Notes under the pieces: generated by a model | Databases searched by the model: none | Seen by the model: only the letters and a program-made list of their open reading frames with translations | Told to the model about the DNA's origin: nothing | In this document: in pieces, positions 24,213 to 33,648 of the stretch | Layout: each line of letters begins with the position of its first letter | Numbering within the stretch: position 1 is the first letter of the stretch | Virus record (IMG/VR): IMGVR_UViG_3300045988_035186 | Reading direction: 5' to 3' (one strand) | Length of the DNA stretch: 35,972 nt | Source: a virus | Translations under genes and position numbers: made by a program

Positions 24213-24222
24213 AATATCCTCC

Positions 24223-24498
24223 TTAAATTCTTCCAAGCCTTTCGAGTGCCGTATATTCTCCGTAGCTTAAGTGTGTGCCGTGCCGCTTATTATACAAATT
24301 GATTTTCTTGCATTTTTCTTCAAGTGTATCGGGTTTATTGTAATTGCGTGCGGCTGTTTTTCTTAATTTGCTGTTTTTGATAATTTCTCTGTGCTGTTGC
24401 TTTCGCATTTCAACACCGCACTCGGTGCAGTATTTTTGATTTGCACTTCTTTTTTCAAATGCTTGCATACATAATTCGCAGATTGCCTGCTGTTTCAT
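24223..24498 (-). CDS. Small Cys4 zinc-ribbon protein
   Basis: 91 aa with CELC...CTEC near the N-terminus and a basic middle section. Confidence 0.5.
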   Translation of the reverse strand: MKQQAICELCMQAFEKRSANQKYCTECGVEMRKQQHREIIKNSKLRKTAARNYNKPDTLEEKCKKINLYNKRHGTHLSYGEYTALERLGRI

Positions 24499-24911
24499 TG
24501 TTTCATCTCCCTTACCTTTTCGCTTATTCTTTTAACAAATCCGTTCTCATTTGTTAATAACTCTATCGTCTGCAACGCAAGGCTTAGCATTTCGTCTTTA
24601 GTTGCCGCCTGCTTGTACATCTTGCGAACGAGATCGGCGGATTTCTTTATATTGTCCTGTATTCTCGTACACAGTCTTAAATACTCCTCGCTCTCATCGT
24701 TGTACTGTCTGTACTCACTCTGCAATTCCTGTTGAAGCTTCAGGCAAGTAATCATATCCCAGCCTTTATGGCGATTGTTGTAGCCTACCTTTGCAAGCTT
24801 TGAAAAGTATTTGTATTCGGCAGGCGGATAGTCGGTATAATCAAGCTGACCGTCAATAGCTTTATCCTCAAGCCTTGCAAACTCTGTTTTGTCTTTAAAA
24901 TTTGGTTTCAT
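24495..24911 (-). CDS. Hypothetical protein
   Basis: 138 aa. Its GGAGG RBS can pair with an upstream CCTCC (24917..24930 hairpin). Confidence 0.5.
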   Translation of the reverse strand: MKPNFKDKTEFARLEDKAIDGQLDYTDYPPAEYKYFSKLAKVGYNNRHKGWDMITCLKLQQELQSEYRQYNDESEEYLRLCTRIQDNIKKSADLVRKMYKQAATKDEMLSLALQTIELLTNENGFVKRISEKVREMKQ

Positions 24912-25038
24912 ATATTCCTCCCTGCGGAGGCTTGTGGTGGGTTGAAGCCATTTTTAAATAACCCTTTATATATATAATATTTTTATTTTCTTATACGAAA
25001 GGTTATAAAACCCCTCAAACCCTCCTCAAGCCACCACA

Positions 25039-27354
25039 CTAATATTCAGAACGAATAGAAATACCGGTGAAATAATTGTAATTTCTTCCCTTTATCTTCT
25101 CAAATCGTTTGGCAAGTTCGGTGCTGAACTTGGTATTTGACATACAATATTCGTTGTTGCTGTCTGCCCACGATGCATAGGCGGCATACAGCATACTTGC
25201 CTGTACAGTGCCCTCAAGAGTACATTTATCCTCGATAAAAGCAGAAATAACATCCATTTCACGCCTGTACTCTCTCACGCTCTTTAATACAGCGGCGGGC
25301 ATTTGCAGGCCCTCTCTCTGCCACATCAGACAGCCGTCAATGCACCATTTAAAAATCCCTGCCATCTCCGCCTTTAGCTTATGCGTAAGGTTTTTATCTA
25401 CCTTGTCCTCGGGTATCTGCACATTGAACGGTATCATATGTATTCTTCGCCAAATGCCTGTGTCTGTGCCTCTGATAATAGGTTTATGGTTTGTCGCCAT
25501 CCATAATTTGAACTCGGGTTTAAACTCAAATTCCTCACTGTACAGCTTTCTTGCTGTTACCGTATCGTCACCTGTAAGCTGTTTTAAAAGTCCCTCATTC
25601 AGCCGCACACCCTCATTTGGCTCTACCGATGTAACAAGTCTTGCGCCCTTTAATCGTGCAATGTCGCTGTTTATGGCATTGCTCTGCGAGCTTTTCACCA
25701 TAATAGTTTCCGGCTGAATATTCGCCGCATAATCGCCGAAAACATCTCTTATTACATCAATAAAAGTACTCTTGCCGTTTCGACCTGTACCGTAAAGAAA
25801 AAATGCACATTGTTCCGCCGTTGAGCCTGTCAGACTGTAGCCTACCGCCTTTTGAATGTATCTGATTAAGTCCTTGTCGCCTGCAAAAATATCGTCAAGG
25901 AACGCAAGCCAACGAGGGCAGTCGGCAGCTTCGGCGCAATCGACCGAAGTAATCTTTGTAAAGTAATATTCGGGGTTATGTGCCTTTACATCGCCGTTTT
26001 TCAGATTAATAATTCCGCTTGGCGTGTTGAGTGCCATTTTGTATCTGTCCATTTGTATCGGCAAAATCGGAAGATGATGTTCAATTTCGTTGAGCATTGC
26101 TTTTTTTGACTTATTTGAACGGCTTGATTTCATATGCTTTTCAAATGCTTTCACCATATCTCCGCCGCTCTCTTCATCAGCCTGCAAGTAAAGCTTTGCC
26201 TCGGCTTTCATAGCCTCAACGCACTTATCTGCCATTCTTAAGATAACACCGAGATTGTCGACGCTCCACCTCATTGAATTATAAAAATACCATTTCTTTT
26301 CCGTATAGCAGTAGCGAACATTTTCGCCAAACAGGTCAACAAACCTTTCTGCGTTGCCCATATCGTCAAATGTATATGCACGCATTTTTTCTTCGTCAAC
26401 AGTCTGAATAACCTTGCCGTTGCCTATTGAAATCGAATAATCGTTTTGTTTTTTAGGGTTATAGGTCTGACTGCAGCCGGATATTGCTTTTTGCAGGGTG
26501 ATTACTCCGTATGTAGTGCCTGACTGCTTTCTGTCCCACTTGTCACGCATTAAACCCGATTGGCGGAAAATTGCGTCCATTTTTTCGGCATCGCAGCCGC
26601 ACCAAAAGGCAAGCATATTGCAAAATGCCATATCCGCCTCGCTCTGTGATGAGTAAGCCGAAAAGTCACCGCTGTACAGAGCCTTGAAAAGACTGCCGTT
26701 CTTAGCACTGCAGGCGGCTCTGACGATGTCATCAACGGAATTTAAATTGACCGTAATATTCTGCCTGTTCGGCTTAGGCTCTGCCGTCTTGCCGAGATAT
26801 TTGGAGTGCAACGGCTTAACACTCTCGGTACAATCGTTGATGTATCCGTATTCCGAGCAGTAGTTTCCTGTCACAACGAAAAATCTGCCGTTCTCGTACA
26901 TCTCAAAACCGCCCGAATCATTCTTTGCCTTTCTTCTGCCCTCGGGAAGAGTTCCCTTGCAGATTATATGAACGCCTGTTTTGCTCTGCGAAAATTCTGT
27001 GTAGCTCTGTAAAGTGTTCACGAACTCGCTGATTATGTTGTCAGCTCCGCCGTTTTGGTAGTCCTCAATATCGTTTGGCATATCGTCAAGGTCAACACCG
27101 AAAAACGGCGAATTTGAGAACATAAAGCCTATGCCCGAATACTTGCCCGACTGCCTGACAGCGGTTTCAAAATCCGACCAAGTGTCGGGATTGTTTGACT
27201 GGGCAAGTCCGCCCGTCTTTGGATTGACGGGCTTCTTAGAAATGCCGCTGTGCGACTTCGGATCAGGGTATGCCTGCCAACACACCCAATTTTTATAGTC
27301 TTTTAATTCCTGCGGAATTGCACTGTATTTATCGTTAAAATTTGTAAATCCCAT
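25039..27354 (-). CDS. Bifunctional primase-polymerase / D5-P4-family primase-helicase
   Basis: 771 aa. The N-terminus is Prim-Pol-like (NWVCWQ...KKPVNP...GIGFMF...GVDLD...GVHI). The C-terminus has Walker A GTGRNGKST, a Walker B region and a P4-family C-domain. Confidence 0.85.
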   Translation of the reverse strand: MGFTNFNDKYSAIPQELKDYKNWVCWQAYPDPKSHSGISKKPVNPKTGGLAQSNNPDTWSDFETAVRQSGKYSGIGFMFSNSPFFGVDLDDMPNDIEDYQNGGADNIISEFVNTLQSYTEFSQSKTGVHIICKGTLPEGRRKAKNDSGGFEMYENGRFFVVTGNYCSEYGYINDCTESVKPLHSKYLGKTAEPKPNRQNITVNLNSVDDIVRAACSAKNGSLFKALYSGDFSAYSSQSEADMAFCNMLAFWCGCDAEKMDAIFRQSGLMRDKWDRKQSGTTYGVITLQKAISGCSQTYNPKKQNDYSISIGNGKVIQTVDEEKMRAYTFDDMGNAERFVDLFGENVRYCYTEKKWYFYNSMRWSVDNLGVILRMADKCVEAMKAEAKLYLQADEESGGDMVKAFEKHMKSSRSNKSKKAMLNEIEHHLPILPIQMDRYKMALNTPSGIINLKNGDVKAHNPEYYFTKITSVDCAEAADCPRWLAFLDDIFAGDKDLIRYIQKAVGYSLTGSTAEQCAFFLYGTGRNGKSTFIDVIRDVFGDYAANIQPETIMVKSSQSNAINSDIARLKGARLVTSVEPNEGVRLNEGLLKQLTGDDTVTARKLYSEEFEFKPEFKLWMATNHKPIIRGTDTGIWRRIHMIPFNVQIPEDKVDKNLTHKLKAEMAGIFKWCIDGCLMWQREGLQMPAAVLKSVREYRREMDVISAFIEDKCTLEGTVQASMLYAAYASWADSNNEYCMSNTKFSTELAKRFEKIKGRNYNYFTGISIRSEY

Positions 27355-27454
27355 ATTTTATACCTCCTTATGGATTCTTATGGATTTCATATGTACCGAC
27401 TTAAAATTCAAAAGTTGCATAAATTAGTGCAATTTCCGTAAAAAATTTTCTGAA

Positions 27455-28015
27455 TTAAAACGGTAAATCATCATCAAGCGGCATATCCGTAAAGCCTTGA
27501 TTTGTCGGCTGTGCAGATGCATAGCTTTGCTGTGGCTGTGCATAGGTCTGCGCCGTTGAACTCTGCGACTGCTTAAAAGTATGCTTTACTGTCGGATACT
27601 TAGTCAGATTGAGCCAGCTTACTCGCTCCTGCATTTTGCCATTGTACTCTTCGTGCTTTATAGTCGCACGAATTGGCTTGTTGATAAGCTCACCACAGAA
27701 CTGCTCAAGGCTTTCGTACTCCTTGCCGTCGGGCAGTCCTGCTGCCTTGCCGAGAGCCATAATCTGACCGTAGCCGTATCCCTTGACCTGCAAGTCTGCC
27801 TCTGTCGGCTCTTTGCGTTTCCAAAGGGTATTAAAAATATATCCGTTTTTGTAACCCTGTTCAACATCGTTTCGGATTACCATTGAAATGTTTAAATTTT
27901 CTTTGCCGTTCTGAGTAACTCTTTCTTCGACTTTAGTAATGATACACTCATAATCACCTTCAGGCTTGATTGAGATGCCCTGTGTTGCTTCGTTCCAGTT
28001 TGATTTAAAACCCAT
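27455..28015 (-). CDS. DUF669-type ssDNA-binding protein with a canonical SSB C-terminal tip
   Basis: 186 aa. The Q/S/A-rich tail ends ...DMPLDDDLPF (compare bacterial SSB DDDIPF). Synteny with a Sak4-like ATPase. Confidence 0.65.
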   Translation of the reverse strand: MGFKSNWNEATQGISIKPEGDYECIITKVEERVTQNGKENLNISMVIRNDVEQGYKNGYIFNTLWKRKEPTEADLQVKGYGYGQIMALGKAAGLPDGKEYESLEQFCGELINKPIRATIKHEEYNGKMQERVSWLNLTKYPTVKHTFKQSQSSTAQTYAQPQQSYASAQPTNQGFTDMPLDDDLPF

Positions 28016-28017
28016 GA

Positions 28018-28332
28018 TTATTCCTCCAAAATCAATTTAATTGCTTCATCGGCACTTCTGCATATTCCTGCTACCGCACCGTTAAATTTCATCATCTGTA
28101 AAAAGTTATGCTGCTTTTCGGTTGCTCTGCCTTTTGCTGTTTTAACCTCAATGAATACCGCCTTGCCGTCTGATTTTCTGACACCGAATAAATCAGAAAA
28201 CCCCGGTGGTACACCTGTGCTGAAATATCGTCCATCCTTTGTGTAACCCTGTCCGACATTGATACGAAAAATATCGCAGTACGGTGCAATTGCAAGGCGG
28301 ATTTCATTCTGTATAGCGTGTTCTTCTGTCAA
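28018..28332 (-). CDS. VRR-NUC domain nuclease
   Basis: 104 aa. ...GFSDLFGV...AVFIEVKTAKGRATEKQHNFL... is the PD-(D/E)xK pattern of VRR-NUC. Confidence 0.75.
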   Translation of the reverse strand: MTEEHAIQNEIRLAIAPYCDIFRINVGQGYTKDGRYFSTGVPPGFSDLFGVRKSDGKAVFIEVKTAKGRATEKQHNFLQMMKFNGAVAGICRSADEAIKLILEE

Positions 28333-29675
28333 GCTATCAATCCTCTCTTTCGTGCTTGATAATACGCCCAGCCGGGCTTATAGCCGTGTGTTTTTGCGTA
28401 AACAAGTAAATCGTTGTAGCTGCCGCAATCAGATGGTGAACTGAAATCGAGCTTAAAGCCCTCAACCTTTATAAGCTCTGCGGCAGTATCAAAATCAACC
28501 TTTCGTTCTGCTGTCGGAAATTCATATCCGCATCGAGGGCATACGGCTTTCTGCCCCGGTGGTGGTGCAGAGAATGTAAAAAAGCACTCGGGGCATTGCT
28601 TGACCTTTGTTGCCTGCTCGTCCTCAAGCTTTTTAACACTCTTTTTCTCTCGTTTTTCAAGTGACCACACTCTGTCATCGTCAGGCATTCCGTGTCTTGC
28701 ATAGTTGCCCACATGGTCAATGATTACCGCCCTTTTGTTCGGTCTGTATCGCATACATCGCATTGACTGCTGAATGTAAAGCGTAAGGCTGTGAGTAGGT
28801 CGGAGCAGAATTGTACATTCGCAGTCGGGCACATCAAAGCCCTCTGAAATCAAATCCACATTGCAAAGAATTGTAATTTTTCCGCTGCGAAACTCGTTTA
28901 TAATCTGTTCTCTTTGAGCTTTCGGGGTACTTCCGTCAATATGCCTTGCGGATATACCCGCTTCGCAAAATGCCTGTGCGGTTGCCATACTGTGTTTGAC
29001 AGTTGAACAATAGCACACCGCTTTTTTGCCGTCTGCAAGCTGTCTGTAATACTTGATTACATCTCCGAAAACTGTATTTTTAGTCATTGCTTTTTCTATC
29101 TCGGAGGCGACATATTCGCCCATTTTGGTGTGCAGTCCTGTAAGGTCGGCAACACTCGGAGCATAGTAATCATACGGGGCAAGGCAGTTATGCTCAATGA
29201 GCCACTTGGTACTTACTCCTACAATCAGCTTATCGTTGACATCACCCAAGCCGTCACCGTTTAGACGAATAGGTGTTGCGGTGACGCCAACCCTCGGAAC
29301 ATCTGAAAAATATTCATAAATGCGTTTGTAGCTTTGTGCAAGGCTGTGATGATTTTCGTCCGTAATGATTAACGCAGGCTTAGGAAGTTTTTTAAGCCTG
29401 CGTGTAAAGGTTTGTACCATACCAATCTGACATAAATCCATAAGCACACCCCAGCGGACAAAGGTTCTGAATATTTGATCAACAAGTTCTCTCCTGTGAA
29501 CAACGAACAGTACCCGTTTACCGTTCCAAGTTGTTCGTCTTGCAATTTCTGCGACAATGCAGGACTTTCCGCCACCGCACCCAAGGACAATGCAAGGAGC
29601 TTTGTAACCCTCTCGCCAAGCCTGTCTTACCTGTTCAACAAGGTCATTCTGATACGGTCGAAGCTGCATTAGCAT
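28329..29675 (-). CDS. SF2 DEAD/DEAH-box helicase with a C-terminal zinc ribbon
   Basis: 448 aa. LRPYQ, GCGGGKS (motif I), DENHH (motif II), TATP (motif III), C-terminal CPEC...CPRC. Confidence 0.85.
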   Translation of the reverse strand: MLMQLRPYQNDLVEQVRQAWREGYKAPCIVLGCGGGKSCIVAEIARRTTWNGKRVLFVVHRRELVDQIFRTFVRWGVLMDLCQIGMVQTFTRRLKKLPKPALIITDENHHSLAQSYKRIYEYFSDVPRVGVTATPIRLNGDGLGDVNDKLIVGVSTKWLIEHNCLAPYDYYAPSVADLTGLHTKMGEYVASEIEKAMTKNTVFGDVIKYYRQLADGKKAVCYCSTVKHSMATAQAFCEAGISARHIDGSTPKAQREQIINEFRSGKITILCNVDLISEGFDVPDCECTILLRPTHSLTLYIQQSMRCMRYRPNKRAVIIDHVGNYARHGMPDDDRVWSLEKREKKSVKKLEDEQATKVKQCPECFFTFSAPPPGQKAVCPRCGYEFPTAERKVDFDTAAELIKVEGFKLDFSSPSDCGSYNDLLVYAKTHGYKPGWAYYQARKRGLIA

Positions 29676-30537
29676 TCACTTCCTGTTCTTTTCGATATCT
29701 GATTTGAGTGCACCCCATACAGAGTGCTGTGCCGTATCTTCCTGTTGACTTTTCGATAATCTGCTCAGCCGTCAACTTACCGCTTGCAACAATAACCTTA
29801 TTGCAGTCGGCACATCTCGGCAAATCCGCACCCTTTGAGAGCCATTCTCCCAACTGTTTTCCGAGTTCCGGAGTGACAACACCTGACCAATCATCAAGAA
29901 ATGTAGTATCTTTAGAAAGTGATGCACAATGTGAACGGTCAAGCTGAAAGCACATATCAAATTCGTATTCCGTATTATCACGCTGAACCGGTGCAAGTCC
30001 AATTTTTACAGGTACAGTTTTGCCCCTGTCATTTACCTCCATAGCATAAGCCATTTTTGCACGCATTGTAATAATTGTGTGACAGTCAACGGATAGGATT
30101 GTATTTACAAGATTATTCTGTATCTTACCTGCTTCGTCCCACGCTGTGTAATCATTTTTGCCACGCTGTTGAGCAATATGTGACTTTATATCAAGCACAC
30201 CACCCTCGTTATCCCAACAGTGAGAAAAGCTGTCAACAATCACTACACCGTCAGTACCTACAATTTCAGCAGCAGATTTAACATAATCTATGTACTTATC
30301 GGGAGAATAAGGCGGAGTCATTGATGCATATTTGAATGTACCTGTTTTAAGGTCTGTTCTGTCTGCATAAAAGCGACCTCTTTCATGTTCGGTGTCAATC
30401 AAAGCAACCTTTGTCCAATCACCGGTAATGCCATAAGCAAGATACAGACTTGATAAGGTTTTACCGCTGCCTGATGGACCCGTAATAGCTATCCTTGCCT
30501 TTGATTTTGCTCTTTTTACATCATCAAAATTAATCAT
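29644..30537 (-). CDS. AAA_24 / Sak4-like RecA-fold ATPase with a C-terminal Cys4 extension
   Basis: 297 aa. ARIAITGPSGSGKT (Walker A), VVIVDS (Walker B), C-terminal CADC...CMGC. Confidence 0.75.
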   Translation of the reverse strand: MINFDDVKRAKSKARIAITGPSGSGKTLSSLYLAYGITGDWTKVALIDTEHERGRFYADRTDLKTGTFKYASMTPPYSPDKYIDYVKSAAEIVGTDGVVIVDSFSHCWDNEGGVLDIKSHIAQQRGKNDYTAWDEAGKIQNNLVNTILSVDCHTIITMRAKMAYAMEVNDRGKTVPVKIGLAPVQRDNTEYEFDMCFQLDRSHCASLSKDTTFLDDWSGVVTPELGKQLGEWLSKGADLPRCADCNKVIVASGKLTAEQIIEKSTGRYGTALCMGCTQIRYRKEQEVNANAASTVSE

Positions 30538-30546
30538 TATATCACC

Positions 30547-31140
30547 TCACTTAACACTCAACGACTGTTTGCTTTCCATATGCACAAACGGGATAGCCTC
30601 GCCGTTTTTGCAGAGAGCCTTGACATCATTCTTTTTTACTTCGGGCATACTGTACTTTAAAAGGTGGGCAAGATTGTGTTCCTCCGCCCACTCAATGAAT
30701 GAAATTTCATCATCAACAATAAGGCTCGGTGCGTTGTTTCTGATTGATACAACTGCGTGCGGCATATCTACCTTGCTCCTGCCGATTGCTTTCATTGCAT
30801 TAAGAAGATATGCAGCGAGTTTTTCAACCTCTCGCTCTTTCTGCGACTGCCTCTTAGCGATTGCAGATTTCTCAAACTTGAGTATATTAGCCTCTGCTTT
30901 AAGCTGTTTGATGTAGACTGCAATGCTTTCTGCTTTCTCGTCAAATTCGCCCTCAATGCCCTCGAGTGTATCAAACCACGCTGTAAGCATTTTTTCTTTG
31001 TATGCCTCAACATCTTCGATAATGTCGCCGTTGCCGTCAATCGGCTGACCGTCTGCGTCAGTATCGGGTTCATATTCGTTTATGTCTTCAAATTGGCTGA
31101 ATAATTCAGCAAAGCTTTCAGTAAGCTCATAAAGCTTCAT
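30547..31140 (-). CDS. Siphovirus Gp157-family protein
   Basis: 197 aa. MKLYELTESFAELFSQFED..., a coiled-coil middle, and a conserved C-terminal half typical of Sipho_Gp157. Confidence 0.7.
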   Translation of the reverse strand: MKLYELTESFAELFSQFEDINEYEPDTDADGQPIDGNGDIIEDVEAYKEKMLTAWFDTLEGIEGEFDEKAESIAVYIKQLKAEANILKFEKSAIAKRQSQKEREVEKLAAYLLNAMKAIGRSKVDMPHAVVSIRNNAPSLIVDDEISFIEWAEEHNLAHLLKYSMPEVKKNDVKALCKNGEAIPFVHMESKQSLSVK

Positions 31141-31152
31141 TGTTGCTCCCCC

Positions 31153-32133
31153 TTAAAGATTTATGTTTTGTGTGGCAAGTGCTTCTATTAAATGTTCAAC
31201 CTTGCCCTTGAAAAATTCCTTGTCCTGTGACTGCTTGGCGAAATCGAGCATACGGATAAAGCTGTCATATGCAATCGAAAAATACGCCTTAAAGACATCC
31301 TTGTCATCTGATGTACCGTCGGCAGTCTGAACATTTTTCAGCCTTTCTTCATACTCCTCTTTCTGTCTGCGAAGAGCCTCTTGCTTTTCGTCCTCAAGCT
31401 GTTTCCTTACGATTTTTTCGTTCTCACGATATTCTGCTTCGAGTTCGTCATTGCGTTTGATGTTCTCACGCTCAAGTGCTCTGATGGTTTCGTTCAGTCT
31501 GCGCTCATTATCGCTCGGCTCTGCAACGGCAACCTCAATAGGGCGGCTTTCAAGCTCCTGAACTTTATTCGTCAGCTTGAAATTTTTGTTCTTTTCCTCT
31601 GCAAGCTGATTTTCAATATTGCGATAGCTTTCTTTTGAAGTGTCCGCCTGCTGCTTGTAATAGTCTGCGTCTTTCTTAGCGTTATTGAGCTGTCTGCAAT
31701 AGTCAATGCTCTTGTCGGTTGCCTCCTGTTTTTCAGCTTTAAGGCTGTCAATTTCTGCTTTTAACTGCTTAACCGTTGTGCTCTCAAGGTCGAGCTTTTC
31801 AGCAATTTCAGCCTGTTCGGGTTCGCTTATGGTAGCAAGGAGCATTAATTTTGATTTACTAAAATGTCCCAACGTTGGGACATTTTCTTTGCTTATTTTT
31901 TCTGCAATAGAAATATATCTATAAGCATTACTGCGTTTCATTCCTACTTCATTCTCGCAGTACTCCTCAAAATTCGTGTAGCCAAGCTCCTTATACAGCT
32001 TGTTGTCACGCATAGTCTTGAGTCCGTTGCACATATCCCATATGTTCTGTTGTGCAAGGTTTGCGCTGACAAGAATTTTCTGATGCAGTTCAATGGCCTG
32101 CTTATGCTGTTTGCTTACTGTTATTTCTGACAT
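31153..32133 (-). CDS. DNA-binding-like protein (DUF3102/ParB-like N-terminal fold?) with a long coiled coil
   Basis: 326 aa. ...NIWDMCNGLKTMRDNKLYKELGYTNFEEYCENEVGMKRSNAYRYISIAEK..., then about 200 aa of E/K-rich coiled coil. Confidence 0.35.
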   Translation of the reverse strand: MSEITVSKQHKQAIELHQKILVSANLAQQNIWDMCNGLKTMRDNKLYKELGYTNFEEYCENEVGMKRSNAYRYISIAEKISKENVPTLGHFSKSKLMLLATISEPEQAEIAEKLDLESTTVKQLKAEIDSLKAEKQEATDKSIDYCRQLNNAKKDADYYKQQADTSKESYRNIENQLAEEKNKNFKLTNKVQELESRPIEVAVAEPSDNERRLNETIRALERENIKRNDELEAEYRENEKIVRKQLEDEKQEALRRQKEEYEERLKNVQTADGTSDDKDVFKAYFSIAYDSFIRMLDFAKQSQDKEFFKGKVEHLIEALATQNINL

Positions 32134-33640
32134 TTTTTATATCCTCCAAAAATTCAGCGTATTGCTTTTCAAATTTCTTGATTTCATCCGGCTTTTTAAA
32201 TCCGCTGTCACGCTCATTTTTGTAACCGTGGCACTGCATTATTTCCAATGTTTCGGGATTTACTTCAATCGTAAAAAACGGGATTTTCGGTTTATCTTTA
32301 TGACGAATAAAAAGTATTATCGTGTCACCTCTTGCGTGCCGTCTTACATATCCGCCGACGCAATGCTGTAATATTCTTCCCTCTGCTATTATTTCTTCAC
32401 CGCTTTTTGGGGCAAGCATTATAAGGCTGTCTGTGCTCATCAGTAATGGGGTAAGTGTCTTTGCTATTTTTGCAATCTGCTTCGATTCTGTTTTGTCTGC
32501 ATAGAAAGCAACCTTTTCAAGCGTTCTGTCGTGAGCCTCTTCGAGATGAGCCGGCATTACTTCTTCTATACCTTCGGGAAGCTTTTTGCAGCTATCAAGA
32601 TAATCCCTCCACAGTATTACTCTCCGATCGTTTTTGCCATACTTCAAAATCTGTTTGTATGTAAGACTATTTTTGTGAAGTTCGTTTACAGCATTGATGC
32701 CGAGCTTTGACAGCTTGCTTATGAACTCATGTGCCATATGAATAGTCGGTTCTTCCTTTATTACGCTACGGTAAAGTTCAATTGTCCTTGAATCATAATC
32801 TGCGAAAAAGTGCATATCCTCCTTATGACATCCGAGCATTTTAAGAAGATTGGTTTCTTTCCAGTGAATTTTATTGAGCGAAAGTTTGCCGTTAATCAAA
32901 AGCTTTGCAACATTCTCAAAACCGCCTTTAATCAGATATTCTGCATTATTGTGCCTTACATATATGTTCAGCCATTTGAGAATCTCTTGGACCGTACATC
33001 TATTTAAAAGCTCATCCGCACACGAATATCTAAGATCCGTATCAGCTATTACATCAAGATTTAAAAGTACGGTTGAATCCCAGCCTGAATACAAGGTTTT
33101 TTCTGACGGACCCCAATACCACGCTAAGCCCTGTGAAGCAGAAGGAATAATTCCGTCTGTTTTCATCTGATAAAATGATTTGCCGTACCAGTTGTATGCA
33201 AATCTTTGCATTGCGTGTTGTTCATATACATACAGATATTCATTTGAAAAAAAATATTGCGGCATCATTTCGACAGGATTTTCGTTGTAAATATCTTCCG
33301 AAAATCTCTGATAAACCGTTACAAATCTGATGTACAGTCTGCCGTTTTGAGCAAAACAAAATCCAAACTTGCGACTTCTTCCAAGTTTCTTTCTGCCGTA
33401 ATGCAAAGCCTTTGCTTTGACGGTCTCACCACAATGGTTGCATATGTGAATTTGATTATGTGCAAGACTGAACGGCTCATTAAGATGCCAGCAACGACAG
33501 CTTGTACAAAAGCAATCACATCTGTCCCTGCCTTTATTTTCATAAAAGGCATACTGTGGGAAATACTGCACTATTTGCTCTTCGTTTTCAACTGTAATAT
33601 CAGGAATATTCTCGAGCAGATATTCGGGATTTTTAATCAT
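32102..33640 (-). CDS. PcfJ-like protein
   Basis: ORF 32102..33655. The likely start is the ATG at 33640 (RBS TAGGTG). Cys-rich zinc ribbon near the N-terminus, and C-terminal EGRILQHCVGGYVRRHARGDTIILFIRHKD, which I recognise as the PcfJ-domain core motif. Confidence 0.5.
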   Translation of the reverse strand: MIKNPEYLLENIPDITVENEEQIVQYFPQYAFYENKGRDRCDCFCTSCRCWHLNEPFSLAHNQIHICNHCGETVKAKALHYGRKKLGRSRKFGFCFAQNGRLYIRFVTVYQRFSEDIYNENPVEMMPQYFFSNEYLYVYEQHAMQRFAYNWYGKSFYQMKTDGIIPSASQGLAWYWGPSEKTLYSGWDSTVLLNLDVIADTDLRYSCADELLNRCTVQEILKWLNIYVRHNNAEYLIKGGFENVAKLLINGKLSLNKIHWKETNLLKMLGCHKEDMHFFADYDSRTIELYRSVIKEEPTIHMAHEFISKLSKLGINAVNELHKNSLTYKQILKYGKNDRRVILWRDYLDSCKKLPEGIEEVMPAHLEEAHDRTLEKVAFYADKTESKQIAKIAKTLTPLLMSTDSLIMLAPKSGEEIIAEGRILQHCVGGYVRRHARGDTIILFIRHKDKPKIPFFTIEVNPETLEIMQCHGYKNERDSGFKKPDEIKKFEKQYAEFLEDIKNVRNNSKQTA

Positions 33641-33648
33641 ACCGACAC

